Source of the DNA: a virus
Reading direction: 5' to 3' (one strand)
Virus record (IMG/VR): IMGVR_UViG_3300045988_011651
Location: 1-56,208 of that record
Length of the DNA stretch: 56,208 bases
The notes under the pieces are model-generated. The model was given only the letters and a program-made list of their open reading frames with translations, made no database searches and was not told the origin of the DNA. A program made the translations under genes and the position numbers. This document shows positions 49,356 to 56,208 of the stretch, piece after piece; position 1 is the stretch's first letter; each line of letters begins with the position of its first letter.

Positions 49356-51143
49356 TTGGCTTCAAAGCAGTTAATCAATGCAGTAAATGGATATGAAAAT
49401 TACATACAGAGAAAAGGCGTTGATGAACAGGTAATAGATGCCCTTTTGAAAGCGTGCAATGTGGCAATTCGGACGGAAAAAGACGTTGACTACGGATTGG
49501 CTATAACCGAAAGAACAAAGGCTTTAATCAACGAATTTACGCAGAAAAATGCGGGTGGTAGCATATGGGAACTTGAACGATATGCGCAGAATCACGACAT
49601 TAAAGGCGGATACAAACTTGTGGATCAGTTCTATGAAGTCTTGCGATTAGAGAGCTTTTATCGTTTCGAGAGTTTCATCTACTTTATGGAGCGCAAAAGA
49701 AATTGGAGTAAACGGTTTTATTATCCACGCCGCAAGACACTGAATATAGTCGCCAACGATCTTGAAGATTTGGAAAACCGAAAGATTAAATTTTACGGAT
49801 TGTCAATGCCATCGCGTGTCGGTAAATCGACTATCTGTATTTTCTTTCTATCGTGGGTGGCTTTGCGCAGACCAAACAGCCATAGTGCTATGGGCGGTCA
49901 CTCCGGTATTTTGGCAAAAGGATTTTACAAAGAACTGATGAACCTTTTTACCACGGAAGAATATACATTTGCGGAACTTTTTGCTTATTGGCATCCGGAA
50001 TACGCAAACGCATCAATTCCGACAGACAAAAGTGCTGATGAATTTACAATTACACTTGGAGATCCGGACAGATTCGCAACCGTAACGTGCCGTGGTATTG
50101 ACGGAACATGGACAGGAGCGGTCGATGTTTCGAAAGACGGATATTTATATGTCGATGACTTGGTTCGTGATCGAGAGCATTCATTAAGCCCTACTCGAAT
50201 GGAAAACACATACCAAGAGTACCTAAACAAGATGGTTGACCGTAAAAATGACGGTGCAAGAGAATTGATGGTTGGTACTCTTTGGAATGTTTTAGACCCA
50301 TTGGAGCGCATGAGAAAGCAATATGAGCATGATCCGCAATACCGATTTCGCAAGATTCCGGCGCTTAATGAAAATGACGAAAGCAATTTCGCGTATGAAA
50401 TTAACGGATTTTCCACGGAATACTACAGGGATATGCGAGATAAACTTGACAATGCCGAATGGATGGCTAAGTTTATGCAGCAACCATATGTCCGCGAGGG
50501 ATTGCTTTATACGGATTTGAGACTATTTAACGGAATCTTACCGGACGGAGATTTCCGGCGCATCGGAGTTGTGGACGTTGCATGGGGCGGCGGCGATAGC
50601 TTGTCAATGCCGATTGGGGCAGAATATGAAAACGGTGATGTTTATATTTACGATTGGGTATTCAACAAAGGCGCAAAAGAGGTAACAATCCCTCTTGTTG
50701 TTGGACGAATTATCGGGAATGAGATTAGGCAGACAAGATTTGAGGGGAATACCGGTGGAGATCTGTATTGCCAATATGTAGATGAAAAGTTGCAGGAACA
50801 GGACTATAAATGCTCATGCACAAGCAGAAAAGCACCAAACAAGGTTGAAAAGTTATCAAAGATCATAGCATATTCTGGGGATGTTAAGAGAAAATTCATA
50901 TTTCTTGATACGCACCGCCCGACACAGGATCAAATGAAAAAAGATTCAGATCTTGGAGTAACAAGGTATTACAGAAATGACGAATATCAAGCAGCTATGG
51001 ATGAACTCTCTATGTTTGTAAGTATTGGTGGTAACGACCACGACGATGCGGCAGACGGTTTAACTCAGCTTGAAATGTTTATAGAAAACCCAAACAATAC
51101 CGCAAAAGTAGAAGAGGCAGTAAACCCATTTAGGAGGTATTAG
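49356..51143 (+). CDS. terL: terminase large subunit
   Basis: 595 aa. TTG start 8 nt after GAGGAGGTG. Walker A GLSMPSRVGKST, Walker B-like YLYVDDLV and a C-terminal nuclease region. Upstream of the portal. Confidence 0.8.
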   Translation: MASKQLINAVNGYENYIQRKGVDEQVIDALLKACNVAIRTEKDVDYGLAITERTKALINEFTQKNAGGSIWELERYAQNHDIKGGYKLVDQFYEVLRLESFYRFESFIYFMERKRNWSKRFYYPRRKTLNIVANDLEDLENRKIKFYGLSMPSRVGKSTICIFFLSWVALRRPNSHSAMGGHSGILAKGFYKELMNLFTTEEYTFAELFAYWHPEYANASIPTDKSADEFTITLGDPDRFATVTCRGIDGTWTGAVDVSKDGYLYVDDLVRDREHSLSPTRMENTYQEYLNKMVDRKNDGARELMVGTLWNVLDPLERMRKQYEHDPQYRFRKIPALNENDESNFAYEINGFSTEYYRDMRDKLDNAEWMAKFMQQPYVREGLLYTDLRLFNGILPDGDFRRIGVVDVAWGGGDSLSMPIGAEYENGDVYIYDWVFNKGAKEVTIPLVVGRIIGNEIRQTRFEGNTGGDLYCQYVDEKLQEQDYKCSCTSRKAPNKVEKLSKIIAYSGDVKRKFIFLDTHRPTQDQMKKDSDLGVTRYYRNDEYQAAMDELSMFVSIGGNDHDDAADGLTQLEMFIENPNNTAKVEEAVNPFRRY

Positions 51144-51146
51144 GAT

Positions 51147-51581
51147 ATGACAACAGACAAATATCTTTCACAGATAAACAGAATTGACCATGCGATTGTA
51201 AATAAGATGGAAGAGATCAAAAGGCTATCCGACATGGCAACTTCCATATCCATATTTCTGAAAGAGGTGGATGTGCAATCATCCGGCAATCCTGACAAAA
51301 TGGGAAACGCGGTATCGAAGATTGTTGATCTGCAGAATGAGATCCAGACACTTGTAGATGAATTGGTTGATAAAAGACGGATTATCATATCGCAAATTGA
51401 CAGCATGGATAATACAGATGTATATATCGTGCTTTCATCACACTATGTCAATGGAAAAGATTGGAACTTGATCTCTGTTGAGATGAAATATTCCTACAGG
51501 AACATTATGAAACTTAGGAAAAGAGCATTGCAGGAGTTTGAAAGACGTTATGGACAGCTTTACTCTGAAAAGAGTGCATAA
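51147..51581 (+). CDS. sigma-70 region-4-like / ArpU-RinA-type transcriptional regulator (putative)
   Basis: RBS AGGAGG. The C-terminus SVEMKYSYRNIMKLRKRALQEFERRY resembles a region-4 HTH. Confidence 0.45.
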   Translation: MTTDKYLSQINRIDHAIVNKMEEIKRLSDMATSISIFLKEVDVQSSGNPDKMGNAVSKIVDLQNEIQTLVDELVDKRRIIISQIDSMDNTDVYIVLSSHYVNGKDWNLISVEMKYSYRNIMKLRKRALQEFERRYGQLYSEKSA

Positions 51582-51741
51582 AAGTACACAATAGTTCACA
51601 CTCTTTCACAACATTTCCTAAAACTTGCATGGTATACTAAAAGAGTAGAAAAAACAAAATCCTACAACCCCAAAAGCATATAACCCGTAAAAAGCACTGT
51701 CAGAAATGGCGGTGTTTTTTATTTACAAGAAAGAGGTTGCT

Positions 51742-51933
51742 ATGAAAAAAGTAACTATATATTGCCCGGATTGTGGAAGAATTGCCGGACATTATGATGG
51801 GAGATCTACGATAGATCATCCGTGTAAATGTAAAAAATGCAATCATATTGTGATTTATCGCGTGGCAACAGGCAAAATTGAAACAAAGCCAATACCAAAA
51901 CGCGCTTGCAGTAGTGGAGTTTTATTTATATGA
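51742..51933 (+). CDS. Com-like Cys4 zinc-ribbon protein
   Basis: In-frame ATG 51742. VTIYCPDCGRIAGHYDGRSTIDHPCKCKKCNHIVIY resembles the Mu Com pattern. Its stop overlaps the portal ATG. Confidence 0.5.
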   Translation: MKKVTIYCPDCGRIAGHYDGRSTIDHPCKCKKCNHIVIYRVATGKIETKPIPKRACSSGVLFI

Positions 51934-53339
51934 ATACACAGTATTTTCATGACCTTGTAAAAGGCAGATATGGAAGAAAAATTGCATATGCTAACGTAGA
52001 ACAGATTACGGCAGACAATATCGTAAATGTTGTCGGAAATTGCATTGGTGCATTTTATTTCAACAAGACGGTCATTCGGTATCTGTGGAACTACTACAAG
52101 GGCGATCAGCCTGTATTGTACCGAACAAAGGTACAGAATGCGGATATAACCAATAAGGTGTCTGAAAACCATGCCTATGAGATTGTTCAATTCAAGGTTG
52201 GTCAGACTTACGGTGAGCCAATTCAGCTTATCAGTAGGAAAGACGATGACCGTATAAACAATGCGGTTGATGAATTTAACGATTATCTGACAGATGCTAA
52301 TAAGCAGGAAAAGGACATTAAGGCAGGGGAGTGGCAATCAGCAACCGGAACGTCATTTAAGGCGGTACAGATTACAAAAAATGGAGATATACCATTTAGA
52401 ATTGTTGCACCAACACCAATGAACACTTTTGTTATCTATAGTCGTTCCACAGAAGAACCACTTTTAGCAATCCAAGAGCTTAAGGACGCCGATGGACAGA
52501 TGTATAAACTCTGCTACACGGATTCATACGAATGCAAGATTGTAAATGGAGAGGTTCGAGATTGGCAATTGCATGGTTTTGGTGGAATCCCGATTGTTGA
52601 GTTTCCAAATAACCATGAGCGCATTTCTGATATTGAGCTTGTGATCGGGCTATTGGATGCAATAAATACAATGCAGTCAAACCGAATGGATGGTGTTGAG
52701 CAGTTTGTTCAGTTTTGGATAAAGTTTGTAAATTGCGACATTGACCCGGAAACCTTTGAAAAAATGAAGATTTCCCATGCGCTGACGGTAAAATCCAATA
52801 ATGAGCAGAATAAATCAGATGTTGACATTATGACACAAGAATTGAATCAGACAGAGTGCCAAGTCGCAAAGGATGATTTGTGGGATAATGCACAGTCCAT
52901 TCTTGCTATACCGACAAGAGAATCGCAAAATTCTGGTGGTGATACACAGGGGGCGGTATCTTTAAGGGCAGGGTGGGACTTCTCTAAAACCAGGGCTAAA
53001 CAAAAAGACCCGATAATAAAAACATCGGAAAAGAGATTGGCTAAAGTAATATTAAACGTAATAAGAATTAAAGACCATGATTTAGGGCTTACGGCAAGAG
53101 ATTTTGATGTTCAAATCAACCATAGTCCTCTTGATAATTTATATACAAAAACGCAAGCACTCGATCAAATGTTAAAAGCTGGAATAAATCCAAGAATAGC
53201 AGTATCTACTTGTGGATTATGGGGAGATGCCGAAAAAGTATTTATACAATCAAAGCCATATTTCGATGTTTTGTATAAAACAGTAGATATGGTAAAAAAA
53301 GAAAATGAGAATACAAAAAAACAAGAACCGACAAGCTAA
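51930..53339 (+). CDS. portal protein
   Basis: 469 aa downstream of TerL. SPP1-type portal-like length and motifs. Confidence 0.8.
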   Translation: MNTQYFHDLVKGRYGRKIAYANVEQITADNIVNVVGNCIGAFYFNKTVIRYLWNYYKGDQPVLYRTKVQNADITNKVSENHAYEIVQFKVGQTYGEPIQLISRKDDDRINNAVDEFNDYLTDANKQEKDIKAGEWQSATGTSFKAVQITKNGDIPFRIVAPTPMNTFVIYSRSTEEPLLAIQELKDADGQMYKLCYTDSYECKIVNGEVRDWQLHGFGGIPIVEFPNNHERISDIELVIGLLDAINTMQSNRMDGVEQFVQFWIKFVNCDIDPETFEKMKISHALTVKSNNEQNKSDVDIMTQELNQTECQVAKDDLWDNAQSILAIPTRESQNSGGDTQGAVSLRAGWDFSKTRAKQKDPIIKTSEKRLAKVILNVIRIKDHDLGLTARDFDVQINHSPLDNLYTKTQALDQMLKAGINPRIAVSTCGLWGDAEKVFIQSKPYFDVLYKTVDMVKKENENTKKQEPTS

Positions 53340-53503
53340 TTCCTATCGGTTCTTGTTTTTACATAATCAGTTAAAATACTAACCATGAGATTGTTAAGAG
53401 AGCGAATTTCTTCTTTTGCAATAATCTCAAGAGAAGATTTAAGCTTCTTTTCCATAACAATTGTAGTTTTAACTTTACTTTCTGAAATTTTTCCTTGCGG
53501 CAT
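53336..53503 (-). CDS. ribbon-helix-helix regulator (55 aa, below the ORF-track cutoff)
   Basis: MPQGKISESKVKTTIVMEKKLKSSLEIIAKEEIRSLNNLMVSILTDYVKTRTDRN behind AAGAGGTGATAAT. Replaces the track ORF 53371..53574, which is in another frame. Confidence 0.55.
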   Translation of the reverse strand: MPQGKISESKVKTTIVMEKKLKSSLEIIAKEEIRSLNNLMVSILTDYVKTRTDRN

Positions 53504-53523
53504 ATTATCACCTCTTTTTGTGT

Positions 53524-53586
53524 AGTATAAATTACCATCAAGTAATTGTCAAGTAACTTGCAAGTTGCTAGCAACTATGATATAAT
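53524..53586. promoter_or_regulatory. divergent promoters with operator-like repeats
   Basis: Minus strand: TTGACA(53547-52)-17-TATACT(53524-29). Plus strand: TTGCAA(53558-63)-17-TATAAT(53581-86). CAAGTAA-N4-CAAGTAA-N4-CAAG with an 11-bp period. 14-bp palindrome AGTTGCTAGCAACT (53563-76). Confidence 0.6.
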
Positions 53587-53607
53587 ACATGTAAAGGAGA
53601 TGATTAT

Positions 53608-54255
53608 ATGCCAGATAAGAAAATGGCAAGACATGTTACACATGGGTTGACAGGTAAAAGAGTTTATAAAACTTGGGAAAGCATGAAAGCAAGGTGCTAC
53701 AATCCTAATGATGGGAAGTATGAGAAATACGGTGGGAGAGGGATTAAAGTATGCGAGGAATGGTTAGGGAAAGACGGGGCGAGGAACTTTGCGAAATGGG
53801 CTTACGAAAATGGTTTTGATGAAAATAAACACCAAAAAGAACAAAGTATTGACCGGATAGATGTAAATGGTAATTATGAGCCAAATAATTGCAGATTTAC
53901 AGATGCAAAAATCCAAGCTAATAATAGAACAAATACTATCTTTCTTGAATATCAAGGAAAGACAAAATGCTTACAAGAATGGGCAGATGAAGTAGGAATA
54001 TCAGAATCAACTATTCGTTGGAGATTGAATAACGGGTATTCAGCAGAAAAGGCACTGACTACCGAAGTAAAGAAAAATTCAAACGCAGGTAAGAGGTATT
54101 TGACATACAAAGGAGAAACAAAAACAGTTTCTGAATGGGCGAAGCATCTAGGATTTGACCCTAAAGTATTATATTCAAGAATAAAACGAGGGTGGTCAAC
54201 AGAAAGAGCTTTAGAAACCCCAACTGGTGCCGACAAGTGGCATAAAACAAAATAA
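53608..54255 (+). CDS. HNH/AP2-like homing-endonuclease-type DNA-binding protein
   Basis: YKTWESMKARCYNPNDGKYEKYGGRGIKVCEEW...SIDRIDVNGNYEPNNCRF, plus two ...EWA...G.S..T...R...GWS.E.AL repeats. This family is commonly annotated as HNH endonuclease in phages. Confidence 0.55.
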   Translation: MPDKKMARHVTHGLTGKRVYKTWESMKARCYNPNDGKYEKYGGRGIKVCEEWLGKDGARNFAKWAYENGFDENKHQKEQSIDRIDVNGNYEPNNCRFTDAKIQANNRTNTIFLEYQGKTKCLQEWADEVGISESTIRWRLNNGYSAEKALTTEVKKNSNAGKRYLTYKGETKTVSEWAKHLGFDPKVLYSRIKRGWSTERALETPTGADKWHKTK

Positions 54256-54271
54256 TAAATTTGAAGATAAG

Positions 54272-54305
54272 ACAGTCACCGAGTAATCGGCGGCTGTTTT
54301 TATTT
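54272..54305 (+). terminator. rho-independent terminator
   Basis: ACAGTCACCG-agtaat-CGGCGGCTGT (imperfect) followed by TTTTTATTTT. Confidence 0.55.
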
Positions 54306-54390
54306 TATAAATTTAGCACCTATGCGTGAAATAGGAGAAATCACAAGTTGAGCAACCAACGTAAAAAAGCGTAGTGAATCGGAGGTAATC

Positions 54391-54972
54391 ATGACAAGAG
54401 AACAGGCAAAACAGAACCTTATCGCTATCGGAGTGGCAGAGCCTACGGATGAACAGGTAAGCAATTATCTGAATCAAGTCAATGGCGAAACAAAGAAAGA
54501 GAAAGACAGAGCTGATGGCTACAAGGCTAAAGCTGACACGGCAGATGGTTTACAGAAACAGCTTGACGAATTGCAGGCTGGAAATCTGACAGAGCTTGAA
54601 AAGGCAAATAAGGCATTAGACACAGCTAATCAGCAAATTGCAGAATTGCAGAAAAATAATGCTATTAGAGATTTGCGCGAAAAGGCTATGACCGATTTCA
54701 AAGTAACCGCAGAACAGGCAAAAGCAATTGTAAAAGAAGATGGCAGCTTTGATACAGCCGAACTTGGAAAGATTATGTCCGAAAAAGAGACCGCCGCAGC
54801 GCAAGCCAAGGAACAGGAGATTGCAAATGGCAGTACGAATCCGGGCGGTGGCACGGCTGGCGGAAATAAAGCTGGTGCAGACAATAAGACAAATGCTGAA
54901 AAGATAGCAGAAAGCCTTATATCTAATGCGCCTAAGAACAATGACGTTTTATCACATTACATTCAACAATAA
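54391..54972 (+). CDS. scaffolding protein
   Basis: 193 aa, Ala/Lys/Glu/Gln-rich coiled coil. It lies between the portal region and the capsid genes. Confidence 0.7.
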   Translation: MTREQAKQNLIAIGVAEPTDEQVSNYLNQVNGETKKEKDRADGYKAKADTADGLQKQLDELQAGNLTELEKANKALDTANQQIAELQKNNAIRDLREKAMTDFKVTAEQAKAIVKEDGSFDTAELGKIMSEKETAAAQAKEQEIANGSTNPGGGTAGGNKAGADNKTNAEKIAESLISNAPKNNDVLSHYIQQ

Positions 54973-54985
54973 CAGGAGGTAAGAA

Positions 54986-55339
54986 ATGGCAAAGGAAATG
55001 AATATGCAGTATGAAAAGACTTTATACGCAGGAGATGTTCAGATTTTAAAGAGAGAGCCTAATGAAGCAATCCCATTAACACTTGATTTTTCAACGGTAA
55101 CAGAAAAGGATGCGAATGGAAAGAAGATTGTAAAGGCTGGTACACCGGTAAACAAGTCAGGAGTGGCTGATAATACAGCAACAGCAATCGGAATCTTAAG
55201 ATTTGATGTAACAGAAGACAGACCACAGGGAGTAGCACTTAAAAAGGCATATCTTAATACAAAGGTAGCGGAAGCACATTCCGGCGTTACATATGACGCA
55301 GCAGTTAAAACAGCTCTTCCAATGATTGTATTTGAATAA
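54986..55339 (+). CDS. head decoration protein (gpD-position), putative
   Basis: 117 aa directly upstream of the capsid gene. It has the same 15-nt RBS block AATAACAGGAGGTAA as the capsid gene. Confidence 0.5.
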   Translation: MAKEMNMQYEKTLYAGDVQILKREPNEAIPLTLDFSTVTEKDANGKKIVKAGTPVNKSGVADNTATAIGILRFDVTEDRPQGVALKKAYLNTKVAEAHSGVTYDAAVKTALPMIVFE

Positions 55340-55356
55340 TAACAGGAGGTAAATAG

Positions 55357-56208
55357 ATGTTAATTAATGAAGTATTAGACAGTAAGTCTATTGCATTATC
55401 GGCAACAGAAAAAGCTAGTAATCAGATACCTTATCTTGGTTTACAGTGGTTTCCAGAAAGAAAGAAGCAGGGACTTGATTTAAGTTGGATTAAGACACAC
55501 AAGGGTTTGCCGGTTTCACTTGCGCCATCTAATTTTGACACAATCCCAACTCTTAGAGCTAGAGGCGGATTAAGTAAGGAAAAAACACAGATGGCATTTT
55601 TCCGCGAGGGAATGACAGTTGGTGAAGAGGAAATGCTTGAAATCGAGCGTATTCAATCAGAAGACGACCCTTACCTTGCAAGTGCTTTATCAAGCGTATA
55701 TGACGATACTAACAACCTTGTAAGCGGTGCAGAAGTTGTACCGGAGCGTATGAGAATGTCACTTCTTTCTACAAATGCAGGTCATCCGGTAATTGCTATT
55801 GTAAGTGATGGCGTTCAGTATGCTTACGATTATGACAAGGATGGTTCATACGCAAAAGACCATTACGCAAAGTTATCCGGCACAAGCATGTGGAGCGATA
55901 CAGCTAATTCAAAGCCACTTACAGACCTTAACAATGCAAGAAAGAAGTTACAGAAGCAGGGTAAGATTGCTAGATACGCACTTATGAACAGCAATACATT
56001 CCAATATCTGCTTGACAATGCACAAATAAGAAACTCAATTCTTGCACAGAACCTTACAGCAACTATTGAGGTTGACGATGATACTGTTATTTCGGTGGTA
56101 CAGAAGAGGGCGAAGCTCACTATCGTACTTTACGATAAGATGTACATTGATGATGATGGCAAAGAGCAGTACTTCTACCCGGATAACAAGGTTACACTTC
56201 TTCCAGAA
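55357..56208 (+). CDS. major capsid protein, N-terminal part (open at the window end; continues at 98..319)
   Basis: ATG about 55357 behind AACAGGAGGTAA. There is no stop to position 56208, so it is absent from the ORF track. The combined product is about 357 aa and lambda gpE-like by position and by motifs such as ...YPDNKVTLLPEGSLGSTWFGTTPEE... Confidence 0.8.
   Translation, partial: MLINEVLDSKSIALSATEKASNQIPYLGLQWFPERKKQGLDLSWIKTHKGLPVSLAPSNFDTIPTLRARGGLSKEKTQMAFFREGMTVGEEEMLEIERIQSEDDPYLASALSSVYDDTNNLVSGAEVVPERMRMSLLSTNAGHPVIAIVSDGVQYAYDYDKDGSYAKDHYAKLSGTSMWSDTANSKPLTDLNNARKKLQKQGKIARYALMNSNTFQYLLDNAQIRNSILAQNLTATIEVDDDTVISVVQKRAKLTIVLYDKMYIDDDGKEQYFYPDNKVTLLPE
56112..56208. repeat. terminal direct repeat, copy 2 (identical to 1..97)
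   Basis: See copy 1. Confidence 0.9.

Noticed and set aside
53371-53574. The 67-aa minus-strand ORF from the track.
   Set aside because: It has no RBS and a Leu/Lys-rich low-complexity product. A different frame gives a 55-aa RHH-like protein with RBS AAGAGGTG and a matching promoter.
1-56208. Diversity-generating retroelement, retron, CRISPR-Cas, toxin-antitoxin pairs or transposases.
   Set aside because: There is no reverse-transcriptase-like, Cas-like or transposase-like ORF. I saw no template/variable repeat pair in the fibre genes and no spacer-repeat array. The RHH genes lack an adjacent toxin-like partner.

Overview
The window is a complete, circularly closed phage genome of about 56.1 kb. 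Positions 1-97 repeat exactly at 56112-56208, and the major capsid gene runs across that junction. It looks like a temperate siphovirus (long non-contractile tail) with Firmicutes/Clostridia-style signals: AGGAGG-type RBSs, TTGACA-17-TATAAT promoters and low GC.

Gene order, mostly on the + strand:
- Head and tail: capsid 3' end, then connector and head-tail genes with an r1t-type holin embedded. Next come the major tail protein, a G/GT chaperone pair with a U_UUU_UUA -1 slip site, and a Cys/His cell-wall hydrolase. These are followed by the tape measure, a 2.9-kb moron island, Dit/Tal/fibre genes and an XkdX-like gene.
- Lysogeny switch: a CI-type repressor (-) with a three-operator divergent switch.
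- Early genes: two antirepressor-type proteins, an SSB-like protein, a Rad50/SbcC-like ATPase, RecT, an MBL nuclease, a GIY-YIG nuclease, a replisome organiser, DnaB, many small Zn-ribbon proteins and an orphan DNA methyltransferase.
- Integration: a tyrosine integrase plus attP.
- About 13 kb of accessory DNA: a low-complexity, Cys-rich protein module, a GC-rich minus-strand operon and an RHH-controlled promoter/operator array. It also holds ori-like repeats, a TerS-like gene, MazG and a roughly 1-kb tRNA plus structured-RNA locus.
- Packaging and head: TerL, portal, an RHH/HNH-like cassette, scaffold, decoration protein and the capsid 5' part.

I saw no rRNA, CRISPR array, reverse transcriptase or transposase. 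All functional calls rest on motif recognition by eye and on synteny; no searches were run. Coordinates I derived by hand (small ORFs, RNAs, motifs) may be off by 1-2 nt.
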